From contig JAQFVV010000001.1 in the NCBI GenBank assembly GCA_028023455.1, positions 2,914,001 through 2,978,000 on the forward strand: a DNA stretch of 64,000 nucleotides, written 5' to 3'. Below are positions 26,006 to 40,179 of the stretch, piece by piece. The stretch is from Epiperipatus broadwayi. Lineage: Eukaryota > Animalia > Onychophora. The translations under genes were made by a program, and so were the position numbers. Below the pieces are notes generated by a model. That model made no database searches. It was given only the letters and a program-made list of their open reading frames with translations, and was not told the origin of the DNA. Within the stretch, counting starts at the first letter, position 1. The number at the start of each line of letters is the position of its first letter.

Positions 26006-29000
26006 GTAAGTGTCCAAGTATTAGATTCATAAATAAAAATAGTTTGAAGACATTTTTAAAAGTTTTATTTTTAATTACAATTCTCCATTCTTCCATTACC
26101 AGTAGGCCATCATATTACATTGAATATTGTATCAAGAAGCTCACTAGAACTGCTTATCTACAAGAAAAAAAAATCATTGAAGGAGAAATATCACCTTATA
26201 GATACATGAAAAAATCAACGAAAGGAATCATAAAAAGCACACTGCAATGGAATTAATTATATATTTTCTGAAAGTGATTGAAGAATTTAGAGAAACTGTT
26301 GTTCCAGAATATTGTAAGACTGAAATAAATAAGTCCTCTTAATCATTTCACTGTAAAAAAGCAGTTTAAAGAAAAATATATATTTATACTTTAAAAATGA
26401 AAGATGTCTATAAATATAGAAGCATTGAACCCATGGCATATAACATAATGTGTGTGTGCAGATATATTTGAAGCTTGAAATGAAATGTAGAAATGAACAT
26501 AGACAAAATTTATATATATAATTATTTAAAATAAAATCTGGAATGACTGAAATATTAATTTAGTAGCAATACTTCTTCATATATTTGAAATACTATAAAT
26601 TATTTGAAATTCTATAATAAAAAAAGATCTCTATTTGATGTAAATGTTCTATTTATTTGATTTTAAAAAAAAAAAATTAACATTTTTAAGATTAAAAAAT
26701 GACTATGCTTATGTTACAAAATGTGTTTGTGTGAACAAAATGACTGTGTTTATGTTAATTGATATATATGTGATTTTTGTAGCTAATGCTAATATGTTTT
26801 TAATTAAGTGATTAATAAAAGAAATTAATAAAGGATTTTTTAAATTAAACTTTTTTATTTTGATGAATTTAAATTAAAAATCAGAACAATTGTAATTTAG
26901 TTTATAATCATGTTTTTTATTAAGAAGAAAATACTGGCTTAAACTCCTTTTTATAAATTCCAGATTATTTACTATAAATAGTGGGTTCACTTTAACTAAA
27001 CAGCATGTTATAGGAAAAATAGTTTCAAAAGAAGGTCTTCATGTCAGTCAAATTTAAATTATCAGAAAAACATAACAGAATAGCTTTTCTATGATGTATC
27101 ATAGCCCAATGTGTGAGTAGAAGACATTATTGTTGAATCTGAAGTTTGAAGATTATGGAAGCTGAAGTGAGTTGAGGATCAATGACATTTATCTAGTATA
27201 TTTATTAATTAGGAACAGTCATTTTCATCTATATAAAAAGATACTTCTGTACTATATGACTTATATTTATTAAAGCATAGATAAAAGCTGATTACACTGT
27301 GCACTTAGCATTCATTATGCTGCTAGTGAAATTTTTACATATATATATGAAGTACAAAAATTGGCTAGTGATTAAGACATATATTAATATTGGCATTATT
27401 TTACACCTACTCTCCTGTTAACAAAAATCTTTTTTTATTTATTAGCCACAAGAAAAGACATTTAATCTCTACTGTATTTTTAAATAAACTGAATAAATTA
27501 GTCCACTAATGACTAAAAATGCTCAATGCAGAAATAAAAAATGACTAAGCAGTGGATGACCTGAACAAATTTAAAAGCTCCAAGCAATAACAACTCTAAG
27601 TATTTTCTTTTTTAATTTTATTATTCATTCATAAAAGTTTGTTTTAAAATTAGAAACAAAAAATGATTTTTCTAAATGTGATTTTTTTTTAAAAAAAGAC
27701 AAATATTAGAGCAAGTGCGTGTGTGCATATGTTAACATATAATTAAATATTTATATATTGTTAACATAGAATATTATTAGCTTGTTTAGTTAATGTAAAT
27801 AATAATAACAACTGGAATATTTTATATTACCAGACAGGTACTTTTTTTTATTTATTAAAAACGTTATTGATAACAAATTATATACAAATATTAGCATATT
27901 TACAATGGAATCAATTTATATTACATAGGCAATCTTATGATGAAACTATAAACATAATCATCTAGGTAAAGTTAATTCCAGACACATTCTTTTATATATA
28001 TGGTTTATTTATTAATTGATGCTACTTATAATTTATGTTTATCTGTAAACTACAATTTAACTAAAATTACAAGTAAAGCATTGTTTGTTAATCTAAAGAT
28101 ATATTATCTGACATCTGGAAATAGTCAAAATCATTTGTAGAATATTTATTTATCCTTTAATTTTTTTTATTTCTAATTAATTAATAAATTTATTAATCTT
28201 TATTTTGAGTTTTTCCAATGAAGTTATTTAATAATATAATAGATTAAGTATTGGGTATTTTTTGTTCATAGTGTGTGGACATCTATATAATTCTATTTAG
28301 AATTATTTAGATGACACTAAAGATTATCTTTAAAGTTAACACATTCATTTTAATCATAAATTTTATGATGATAACAGTTATTTTATGTATGTTCAGTACA
28401 TTCGTGATACCAGATGAACCATAGCATTAGTGATGGTCCGCATTGATGTACCAGAACTTTTGATACATGATTAGTTTTACAATTATTTAAGCATTTATAT
28501 ATATATATGCATTCAACATGATTACTCTTTTATAATATTATGTCTTATGATTGGCATTGATTTGGTGATGATTATACTAAAGTTTTATAGAATGGTCTAT
28601 CACTGACAGTTCAGACTGAAGTGTCAAAATAATTATTTTAAATAGTTTATAATAAAAGTAATCATTTTGTTAAATAATCTGTATTCTGTGCTGGCCTCAA
28701 TGGAATAATTAGCTTAACTAATAATAAACTTTATTACAAAAAAATGAAACAATGTGCTCCAAAGGTAAATCATAGCTTTCATATTTTATTATATACTCAT
28801 CTTAATCATCAAAATAATATTATTACTAAATCATTTTTGCATCAATCAAATTCATTTCTTTCTATCATATATTCTTTTTCTACTTACATCTAACATACTG
28901 AAATTGATAAAAAATCAAGTCAGATGTCATATGACCTAATTTTAATAAAGCTCGTATTTACAAATGTTATATATAGAGTATGTAAAAAACAAACTCTTAA

Positions 29001-29022
29001 CAAGCTTCACAAATACCCTCAA

Positions 29023-29062
29023 CCCCAGACCGCGGTTTCTGCATCTAGCGTTGTCAGTGAGG
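29023..29062 (-). ncRNA. Minimal type I hammerhead motif, family F left arm (G8 mutated)
   Basis: Minus strand: CCTCA CTGACAA CGC-TAGAT-GCA GAAA CCGCGG TC TGGGG. Confidence 0.8.
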
Positions 29063-29558
29063 GGTTAGGGATTAAAAATACTAGAACTAGTCTAGCATTT
29101 TATCAATGCCTAACTATTGAGAAGAAAATCTGAAACTTTCAGACATTTAAATGTCCAAAAATCCAGCTATCTAACTCAAATAGCCATATGGGACTGAACT
29201 AAATTCAGATACACCATATATTAATAGCTCTAGCAATATAAAATTGTCAAAGCCTTAATAGCAAAAACTAAAATTAAATTGATAAAAAATTAAGTCAGAT
29301 GTCATATGACCTAATTTTAATAAAGCTCGTATTTACAAATGTTATATATAGAGTATGTAAAAAACAAACTCTTAACAAGCTTCAAAAATACCCTCAACCC
29401 CAGACCGTGTATCTGAATTTAATTCAGTCCCATATGGCTATTTGAGTTAGATAGCTGGATTTTTGAACCTTTAAATGTCTGAAAGTTTCAGATTTTCTTC
29501 TCAATAGTTAGGCATTGATAAAATGCTAGACTAGTTCTAGTATTTTTAATCCCTAACA

Positions 29559-29598
29559 CCTCACTGATGATGCTAGATGCAGAAACTGTGGTCTGGGG
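29559..29598 (+). ncRNA. Minimal type I hammerhead ribozyme, family F right arm, core intact
   Basis: CCTCA CTGATGA TGC-TAGAT-GCA GAAA CTGTGG TC TGGGG. GUC site at 29591-29593. Confidence 0.88.
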
Positions 29599-30863
29599 TC
29601 GAGGGTATTTTTTAAGCTTGTTAAGAGTTTGTTTTTTACATACTCTATATCTAACATACTTATACATGTGTATGATCATTCTGAATCCATAATCCATGCT
29701 TATGACTAATGACTAGGAATAAATGCAAATAGAAGAGTTGGACTAGAGATATTTTAGTCAATCTAAAAGTTTAGATCGAATCACCATTGTTCTAAAAGCT
29801 AATTTTACACAATATTACACAAAGGATATTAGAAAATTTTGATCACAGAAGCCAAATTCAGGATATTTGTCATTATTTAGCTATGCAATTTTCTTAGGTT
29901 TGCCTTCCAAACTCTTATACTTATTACTTTAAAAAAGTTACATTTGAGGCTTGTTAAATATAATACTTAAAACTTGATACTTCTAATTAGTTATATTTCT
30001 GATATATAAATTTTATGTATCCTTATGAAAATAGTTATTTATTTATATAAGTTCCTCACTCTTAACCTCTGAGCTTATGCAGTTTCTTAGAATTTGGCTT
30101 CCAGCAAGAAGATTGGAAATTAATCCTAATGAATGTATACATTATTTACTGACATATATTAACTTCTTCCCCAATTCTTTTTATATATAATAAACAAATA
30201 GGCTGTGAGCTTCAGACTCTGCCACTCTACCACTGTACCAAATTATGAAGGGCAAAGTGGTACTGTAAATATATAAAGTGAAGTGATATCTTGAAATCTT
30301 CTAATTATCATTAGTTACTTTATGATGCAAAATCAAGCTAAATGTAGATAGTGCTTTTAAGATTCAATATATAAAAGATATAGTGCTCGTATCAAAACAT
30401 TGCGACATTTAAAATTTTCATTTCATTGGTAATAAATATTAATAAAATATACTGATATATGCAAAACAATTTTTTCTTTAGAAGGGTAAAATTTATATTT
30501 CAATCTAGTATACAATGATTAGTAATGCTTCCCATCTATTATTTTGGAATAGAATAATAAGAGTTAGATTACTGTTATCAATTACAGATGTAATATAAGC
30601 TGATCCATGTTATATAGTTTTATGTAGAGCATTTGATTACTCCATTCATTATTAATCCACAAATGATTATCATTAATTATTATATTTATATAAATATATA
30701 TATTATTTGAAATAATAAAATAATTATATAAAATCTTATAAATAAGCATAAATTAATTTTTAAATTTTTTATAAAGTATATCATTTCTATATTTTTTTTT
30801 GTATTTACAGATATAGTTATGTAATTAACCTATTATTTAGTATAAAGAGTATTTACTATAGTA

Positions 30864-31011
30864 AATAGAGAGATTTGGACTTAGTATTTTCAGTTTATAT
30901 TCATACTCCACTACATCTCAAACAACTGATACACTTGCCCATATACATGTGAAAAAGATTATTTCCGATATATGTATTTCATGCAGAACCAGCACTCATC
31001 AGTTGGACCAG
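30864..31011 (-). mobile_element. Family A single arm with hammerhead (30964-31007)
   Basis: Minus strand: TCCAA CTGATGA GTGCTG-GTT-CTGCAT GAAA TACATA TA TCGGA, followed by the family A tail. Confidence 0.75.
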
Positions 31012-33966
31012 TTTAGTATTTATTTATCGTCATTTTATTAGAAGATCATTAATAATAAAAATACTTATAAATACTATAGAAAAATTTCTAAAAACATAAT
31101 AATTATCTACATTCAGACTATAAAAACAATTTAAATGAATAAGTTTTAGTGGTGATTAATTAGATAAACTCACGTTTCACGTTTAGAGTAATTATTGGAT
31201 TTCTGTTTAACTTTTTTTTAGTATAAAGATTGGTTAAACAGTCAATTTATTATAAAATAAAATAATCAAATTGTTTTATTGCTAACGCTTTCATGAGAAA
31301 TTTGAAAGCTGGAAATGTCAAAACTGGGCATGATCTGTTGACCTTAAACTCTATTATCCCACCAAATTACATATTCTGATTAGAAGTTTTTAATATTTAG
31401 TTTAAAACAAAAAAATCAAACAATTAGAGCAAATAATACTTTCAGACAAAAAAAATTTGATACTACTTTTATGAAGAGGAAATCAAAGTTTAGTAATTGT
31501 CACTTTTTTCAAAGAAAACTATAGGATTTGAAGGCCAACTATGATATTTAAATAGAGATTCCAAAAATTAAATTTCAAGTAAATCATTTAAAAAGTAATT
31601 GCAAACAAAGAAACAAAAAAACTCTGTATCTTAATATATGAAAATTTAAATTCTATAATTAAGAATTAGGTAATGAAATATTTAACTTTTTCATCTGCAA
31701 TATGTTCAAAATAGATTAATTACAAATTGAACAAAAAATAAAATTGAATATATTGTTGTTTTGTTTATTGCAGTATTTTTTTTTAAAAGTTATAGCATTT
31801 ATATGTATATATAACCACTTGAAATTTTTATTTTTTTTATGAATACAGAATACTCTTTCTCTCTCAGGCAAGAGTAATTTAGGATAAATAATATTTTATT
31901 AAAACAACAATACCCATTATGATATGCAATTTTAACAATTGTGTTGTATTAAATTATAAACATATGAAATAATATATTAATAAACACATTTTCAAATATA
32001 TGAATATAGAACATGAAAAACATAAATAAGATTTGATTTCCCCAGAGAAAACAATTTTAAATGCAAATGGATGAAATTGTTACTCTTGTGAAAATATTCT
32101 GATAAAATTGGATTAAATATTTATAAATTTTAAATATAGATAAAATTTAAGATAGTTTTTTTTTTTTGAGGTGTATTAATATTAGAAAATCCAACTTTGC
32201 TTAGATTTAGATTGGGAAAAGGAATAAGGCACTTTAACATCTTTTCTGATTAAATATTGGTGTTTATGATTACTCTGTAGCCAAAGTGAAATTAATATTT
32301 CAGATACAATTTATTTTTAAGAAATGTATTAAAGCTAATCCTTTTGCTTTTTGCATTACTCTACTTGGAGTCACCTATGGTAAATGCTAACTATACTTAA
32401 TTTGATATATTATACTTTTTTCAAGTCAATAAAAATTTTGATATTGTATTCACAATGATATTATGTACATTTTTTAGTCATTATTCTTATAAAGAAATGG
32501 AAAACAATCTATTTTACTATAACTAAGTCCTTTGTTATAACTATAATATTACCATTGTGATTTTTAATTTGTTTTGGCTATAAAAAATACATTTTTCTGG
32601 TTTTCTAATAACAGATTGGTGATGTGTAAAACAGAAACTACAAATGGTAATTATATTAACTAACAAATAATTTTCAATTATATAAACATTTTTTAAAAGA
32701 AAGCTTTCTAGAAAAACTTGTCAAAATTGTAATGTAAAAACTAATGAATCTCCTGATGTGGAAAAGAAGTCACATATATTAAGATAGTTTTTTTGACAAC
32801 AGAAAGATGATGATTTTATTCATTATTCTCATCTCCCCCCATATTCCTTTATGCTTAAAAAAATTGGTGGAGAGAAAGCAAGTAATTAGTTTGGTTAAGG
32901 TTTTGATATGTGCCACTATCTTGTATAAAAAGTTTTAAAAATGGCAGATCTGTGTTCTAATTTATTATGAGTAAATTCCATTTTTTTTAATGTTCTTTAA
33001 TGTCTTTTTTAATTTATGTAAAACAGTATTTTTCTTCAATATTAATCAAAGAGGAAATGTTTGATCTGAAATCCATGGCTGTATTGATTTTTATTGTAAT
33101 TATTTTGCCCTGATTTCCTCAGATATGAAAAGATTAAAATAGCTTTCTATGAGAGGGATTAATTAACAACTAGACATATTGGATATTAAATATCAGTAGT
33201 TTATTATTTGTATAATAAATTGAATTAAAGAAAAAAGAAGTATTGTTAGAATTTTAATTTAATATGTTTTGAACATAAACTTCAGTAGAAAGAGACTACC
33301 AAAAATAGATAAGAAATAGAAATTTATATAGTTGAATTATTGAATTTTATGTGTAAATGAATAATTATAATATGAAATTCATTAAAAACTCTATAAATTC
33401 TGATCTTGTTGAAGTTTGAGAGAAGAAAAAAAGGAGATTCTTGTAACTCCAAGTAAAATTTTTCTAATCAATAAAATTTTTTTTATAAGTAATGTTGGAA
33501 TAATTTTTTATTAAAGATTGTCAGAATGTATGTGCCAAGAAATGTGTAATAAGAAACTTTTATTGTAATTTTTTTTATCCATGTGAATTGTAGTTAAATG
33601 CAGCAATAAAAATAATTTATAAAGATATAAATTATTAAATTGTGAAATTTTTGTATCTTAATCATATGTGGAAATGAATATTGGAATAAAAAAAATCAAA
33701 TAAATATTTTTTTTCTTCAAATTTTATAAAATAAAATAACAACTGGAAAAATACCAAATGCTAATTTTTAGTATTTAGATGAATACATCATAATTAAGTA
33801 ACAAAGGATTCTGATATATATCTAAATATATACTGATATATTTAGATCTTTACCACAATATATCTACATATCAATATTTTTATATAAATTGATTCTTATT
33901 TATATATTTTTTGTAAATTTATTTATTATATTTATTAAATTGAATAAAGGAAGATAGTATATATGA

Positions 33967-34178
<212 letters not shown>

Positions 34179-35532
34179 TAATATGTAATACTTATTAAGT
34201 ATTATATGTGCTTTTATCTCACCTTCCTATACATTTTATTAAAATAAGGTTACATACACAATTCTTGTTGTCCTTTTAGATGTCCAATTAGAAGTTTTTT
34301 TTCTCTTGAAAATGAATTAAAAAAGAGATTTTCACAAATAAATGTCTACTCTAATTTTTTTTTAAAGCATCTAATTATAACTTTTAGAAACCATAATTTT
34401 TATGTTCTTATGAGAAAGAGAGGATTTACTAAATATAGATATAGAGCTGAGCTAACAGAAGAACAAACAACAAAGTAAGATTGGAGCTTAATATTAAATT
34501 AGCAATAGGGAAAGTTGTTAGCATGTTTGGCATATATTGAGCAGAATGGTGAGAAATTTATTATAAATAAAAGTGATAAAGCTATTGAGAAATAAATTTA
34601 GAAAAGAGTTAAGCCTGAGACAATCTAAAAAACTTCTTAATTACTCAGAAAAAGTATAAAGGATGTATTATAAGAATATCTATGATTAAGCAATTAGAAA
34701 TACAAATAAGTAACATATGTATGACTTCAGAAAAGAGAGCTTTACAAAGAGTATTGTAAGGATTTTAGACTATTTGAGATTTTGAAACCTATGAAAACAC
34801 TAGAGAAATGACAAGAATTAGGGGAATTGGAAGTGAAAGTAATTAGGATTACAGAGGACATGAAAAAATCCAAAATTATATTCAACAAAATTGAAGATAT
34901 GTGCACATAGATATAGGAATTTAAAATGAGAGAAATTAATGGGAAGGACAAAAAAATAACACATCATTTATGTTTAAAGATCAAATTTATAAGACAATAT
35001 AGGACTAGTATGCAAAAAAAATTGATTATGTTATTAGAGAATATGAGAAGGGATTAAAATCTCTATGTCTTTCACAAAAAAGGGTGAATAAGAGAAAGAA
35101 GAAACATCCTAAATTAATACAATAAAATGTAAAACAAAATGAATAAAAAAATAGTACATTTATATATAATGCCCATGAATCATATAAAATTGCAAATAGA
35201 AAGTAACAGAAAAAATGAAAAGATTGAAGGATTAAGGTAAATCATCCATCATATATTGTAAATGCTTAAATGAAAGCTAGAAACTTTCATTGATGTAAGA
35301 ATCTAAGTTAATATGCAAAGCAGCTTTCATTTAGATGTTATAAATTAAGTTTAAATGTGCAACTTAATGATAAAATTTTAAAAAATGATTATAAAATCCA
35401 TTTAGAAGTTTTATGACTGAGATTAGAGTAACAATAAAGAACAATCTATTATTCAGTAATAGAATTATGACCAACTTGTTACTTTAAAAAGTAATGTCAA
35501 AGTTATCAGGGAAATGGAAAATATGTCAATAG

Positions 35533-35799
35533 ATAGAGGGATTTGAACTCAGGATTTTCAATCTATATTCATTCTCTGCTTCATCTCAAACCAATACATA
35601 TAAACACATACATGTAAAAAAGATAAATTATTTGATTCCCAATACATATTTCATGCAGAACCAATACTCATCAGTTGGACTAGTTCATAATCTCTCACAC
35701 ATATATACATAATTAATGCTCATCTTTATCTTTTTCACGTGTGTGATCAGAATGAAAAATGAATATAGACTAAAATTCTTTAAGTTCAAATCCCTCTAT
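35533..35799. mobile_element. Family A monomer (hammerhead 35637-35679, minus) plus short inverted tail
   Basis: Ends ATAGAGGGATTTGAAC / GTTCAAATCCCTCTAT. The hammerhead has a 2-nt deletion in helix III. The right arm covers only the post-cleavage tail. Confidence 0.75.
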
Positions 35800-36309
35800 T
35801 ACTATAATAAACATTCAGTATACTGAATGAATAAGTTAATTACATAAGTCAATAAAATTCATATTATCATGTGAATATAGTCATAAAAGAGAAATCAAAT
35901 AAAAACAATATGAAGAATAAAAGCAGTTGTCATCAGAATCAGGATTATAATCTCTTAAAGGTTGCAAAAATATCTGGATGAGTCAAAATACAGAAGGGAT
36001 ATTGGAGTTATATGAGAAATGTTTGTGAATGGATGGAAGTTTAGATTCCAAAATAAACTATTTGAGGATATATTTGAAAATTTTAAAGTTTCTAGGTTAC
36101 CTCAATGCATTGTGGAATTAATTAATATTTTCATTTATTTTTGTGAAGCAATACATTGTGCACTTATGACCAGGAAGATGCTGAAAATTTAATAAAATAG
36201 TTGGTATGTAATTAAATTCAGTCAATTTTTTATAATTGCAAAATATGTTGAAGTCCAAGTAAATATGGTAGGTCTGAATACTATTGGATTTTGGGGATAA
36301 CCAAACCCT

Positions 36310-36575
36310 AAGCTTGTATTTATATGTTGGACTATATTCATTATTTAATATTAAATCATGAATGTCTTTAGAATTTTTTTTGAACTTTATTTAAATTTTC
36401 CAATTACATTCAACTGTTAGTAATAGCACACAGGTTAGTATGTATATTTGTGTGCTATTAAAACTTTTTTAAAAAAATCTAAAATCATTTATGATTTAAT
36501 ATCAGGTCATGATAAGAGTCCAACATACAAGTACAACTGAAATGCCATCATCACAAACCTTCAAGCAAACCTCAA
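36310..36575. mobile_element. Internally deleted family E dimer
   Basis: 36310-36450 matches 24190-24310 and 36520-36575 matches 24680-24725. Confidence 0.6.
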
Positions 36576-36638
36576 ATCAGAACAGTTTGGAACCTGAAGG
36601 AACTTAATAGTTTAGTATAGAAATTAACTTGGGTTATA

Positions 36639-36640
<2 letters not shown>

Positions 36641-36727
<87 letters not shown>

Positions 36728-36756
36728 TATATCATTATTATTATTATTATTATTAT
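36641..36756 (+). repeat. Interrupted (ATT)n microsatellite
   Basis: Direct read. Confidence 0.95.
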
Positions 36757-37779
36757 ATTCCATTCAATGAAAGCAACAGAAAATATTTTACACGTAATGA
36801 CCTCATAGTAGAGTTCATCTTATTAGATTACTTCAAGGGATCAAAAATATCTCTTTTTACTCCAGCTATGGGTTGATTTTCTTTTGTATAGTAGTATATT
36901 GGAAGAAAATATTATTTAATTAAAGAGATTCTAAATAATCCAAGAGAGATCTTTGTGCTATAAACTCCTTTAATTGAATTATGTTTTGTAGTAAGGTTAA
37001 TTTCCTGATCAAACTATAAACTGTAGTGGATTCAAATCAACCAAAGATGAAGTAAAAGTCTCTAAAATATTAACAAGGTAGGGAAAGAATAATTATTATA
37101 CAAGATTTATCTTTAATATTAGTGGTGTGGATAAATCATTTTATGGGTCGTAAAAAGAAAGAAGGACAATTTGGGAAAGATAACAGTTAATTGCTTTATT
37201 GAATTAAATTTACATCTTGTTTTTAATGGATTCTGTTGTTAACTGTAGTAAATTATTAATAAATGAATGTTAAATTAGTTAAATTTATGTGTATAATTTT
37301 ATATTGGATTTTTTTTTTTTTTAATTCAGTTAGTTGCAAAGAGTTAAATACAAAATCTCATATACTTTATCATTCTTTTTTTTTCATTAACATTTTTATC
37401 TACAATAAAATATTTTAAATATGAACATTAATATGTTATGTGAATAGAAAAATGCAAGGCCAATGGGAGGGGGGAGGGAGAAAGTAAACAAGGAAATAAT
37501 ATTGAATTATTTTGCATAACTATTAAAAAATGCATTATATCATCGTAAAATATATAAAAGTGAATATGTCTAATAAAGACTGTGGGAGATAATCGTAAAG
37601 TTTTATTCAAAATATGCAGTTGTATAAAAACTTGTACTGTATATTAATTAAATATGATTACTATTTATCTTTTTTTTTTTTTTAATACAAAAAAAAAAAA
37701 AAACTAGATTTATTACTTGTATAAAATAAATTAGAGCAACAAAAAATGTGTTGCTTGAGGAGCACAGCAGTAGGACACG

Positions 37780-37990
37780 TGTCAAGGGCTTCTTAATGCT
37801 TTAAATTATGTCAAAGCACACTCTGAAAATGATAACTATCAACCTGGGACATTCAGTCAAAATAGATTATATTATCAATTAATTTTGAGGCTTTCATCAA
37901 TGTCAAGACATTCTCAGGTGTAAGCAGGTGATTATTTGAATATTTTAACAACTGGATTTCTTATCAATAGGAATTTATCATAAATTTGGA
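37780..37990 (+). mobile_element. LINE (RTE-like) endonuclease fragment
   Basis: Remnant IDYIIN..F..FINVKTFSG resembles the IDYILI..R.R..I.NVKTYPGAD..SDH motif. Confidence 0.5.
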
Positions 37991-39953
37991 AAAAAAGGGG
38001 GGGGGGCTGTGTCGTTTTAAAAATATTGATTTGCTTAAAGGTATAAATATTTAAAAGAATACTTATATCGTACATGCACATACAAAACATTTACACGGCA
38101 CATATTTGCGTAGAAGAGAAAAGGTAGCACCAATAAATGTTATACATGTAATTAAAGAATTAAATTGGAATTGCACAAACTCGCAATCCACTTTCCACAG
38201 TTATTACAGAGAGGCTAAGTATAGTGTGAGATATTCAGGTCAACTTAAGTAATGAAGATTTTTAATTTTAAAAAAAAAGGGAAGGGGGAGGGAAGATGAA
38301 AGGGAAAAGAGAATAAGAGAAAATGTGAACATTAAATAATATATATCAGAACCAATAGTACACCGTTTTTGATGAAGGTACATCTATTTTATATGGTATC
38401 AGGTGATACTATTATTTGGGGCTTGCTAATTCAGTTTAGCTCTCATATCTGATCATCATTCCAATGTTTATCAATTATGGTCCTTTACTAGCCTGACCTC
38501 AGTATCTGACCAAGATAAAAATGAACTTATAATTTACAGATGGTCTTCACTACCAAAAATCTTAATTAATGGGATTTAATTATAAATGTTAAAAGGTATC
38601 GCATACTCTTTTATCAGTGACTATTAATTAATGAACAATATAATCATTAATATGGTGTTTTTATGTTATGATTGGTGTATCACTCACTTAAATTATCACA
38701 AAAAATATTTTATATTAAATTAAATCAAATTTAATAAATGTTTTTAAAATCATCCTATTATTGCTCTGATATATAAATAATTCAAACAAAATAAATATTT
38801 TGCATCAATTTACTTAAAAAATTCATTATAAATATAAATAATGTGTTGTGTTTACATAAAATGTTTAGATGTACAAATATACTATTGTGGTAAAATGGTC
38901 ATTGTCTCTGATTTGTAAAAATAAATATGTTTGATAAACTAACGTATAATGTGTACTTTTGAAATTATAATGATTGATATATCATTTTTTCCCCCTTAAT
39001 AAATGTTTAAAAGTGCAACTACCGGATGTTAATGTCTAGAATATTGTTTCGAAAAGAAAAACAGCATCATGTGATAGCAGTTGTTGTAAGCAATGAGGTA
39101 TTGAACAATATCAAAACTGTCTTTAAATATTCAAGTTATTCAAATATATATATAAGTGTAGAAATAAATTTTTATAAGCACAAGCAATGAAATTATAAAT
39201 TTAGATTTCAGAATCCAACTATTTGAATAAAAAGATCGATTGAACCTGAATAAATTTCTAATTAGTTATTGTATTTTATCGTTTTGATTACAAATATGAA
39301 TAAATTAAATATTATATAAATAAAAGTGATGAAATTTTTTATAACAGAATAACTAATTTCTAGGGGAGGGGGGACATGAACTTAAATATGAAATTTAAAT
39401 ATAACAGAAAATAACACTTGTATCGATATTAAGTATAGTAGCCATGAAATGTGTTGAAGTACATGCATATGTAAGTCACTTTTAAAATATGTAATATATT
39501 AGCTAAACTAATACTAGTATTTTTTGCTCAGATAATTTTAATTATTACGTTTTTTTTTTAAAAGAAATCAACATTCAACATATTTTGAGGAATAAGTTGA
39601 ACATTTCTATGGTTCTTGTAACTTACATACTAGTAATTAAAGAATATTTATTATGTTTAAATCATCAATTTTTACAATTAGGAAGTTAATAATGTAATTA
39701 TTACAATTAATTATTTTGTAAGTTGTTATGTGCAAGTTGTAATTAATTAAAAATCAGAAAGAATTTTTGGACAATCTGTTTCATGGTGAAGACTATTAAC
39801 CACTAGTTAGTTAATTTATGATGAGATTATTTACTGTCATAAAGATTTCATAAATTTCTTAAGCTTTCACTGATGCCTCTGAAGTACAAATAAAATGAAT
39901 TACTGTTCTTAAAATCACATATATATCATAAGCAGATAATGTGATTTGGTATT

Positions 39954-40179
39954 AAACCACTAAACATCATATGATCACCTTTCTTTATGCTTACATAAGC
40001 TGTTAACATAGAGACAAAACTCTCCATATACTGATGAAAGCCACAAGCTAGAAACTAGTCTGGAGATATTCAACGAGTAGATACTAGATAGGGATTTCAT
40101 GCACAAACCTTCTAGCATCCATTGATTATTCTAGTTTGCACTGAGTGACACTACTATATGGAGAATTTTGCCTCTGTAT
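39954..40179 (+). mobile_element. Family G hammerhead-bearing repeat with 17-bp flanking direct repeat
   Basis: Hammerhead 40021-40066. TAATGTGAT(T/A)TGGTATT at 39937-39953 and 40180-40196. Homologues at 50770-50915 and 51150-51325. Confidence 0.75.
40021..40066 (+). ncRNA. Minimal type I hammerhead motif, family G
   Basis: TCTCCA-tata CTGATGA AAGC-CACAA-GCTA GAAA CTAG TC TGGAGA. Palindromic helix III ACTAGT, GUC site, 4-nt bulge in stem I. Confidence 0.75.

Larger units (their letters stand above)
28900..29650. mobile_element. Family F foldback element with hammerheads and an internal 132-bp duplication
   Basis: Arms 28971-29213 / 29408-29650. 28901-29032 is duplicated at 29276-29407. 12-bp direct repeat ATCTAACATACT at 28888-28899 and 29649-29660. 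Confidence 0.85.

Noticed and set aside
28924-29697. Two near-identical 69-aa ORFs on opposite strands
   Set aside because: Artefact of the family F inverted repeat; no coding evidence.
37890-37919. 30-nt in-frame exon candidate AFINVKTFSG with GTAAGC donor
   Set aside because: Matches a LINE endonuclease motif in context and uses a rare GAG acceptor.
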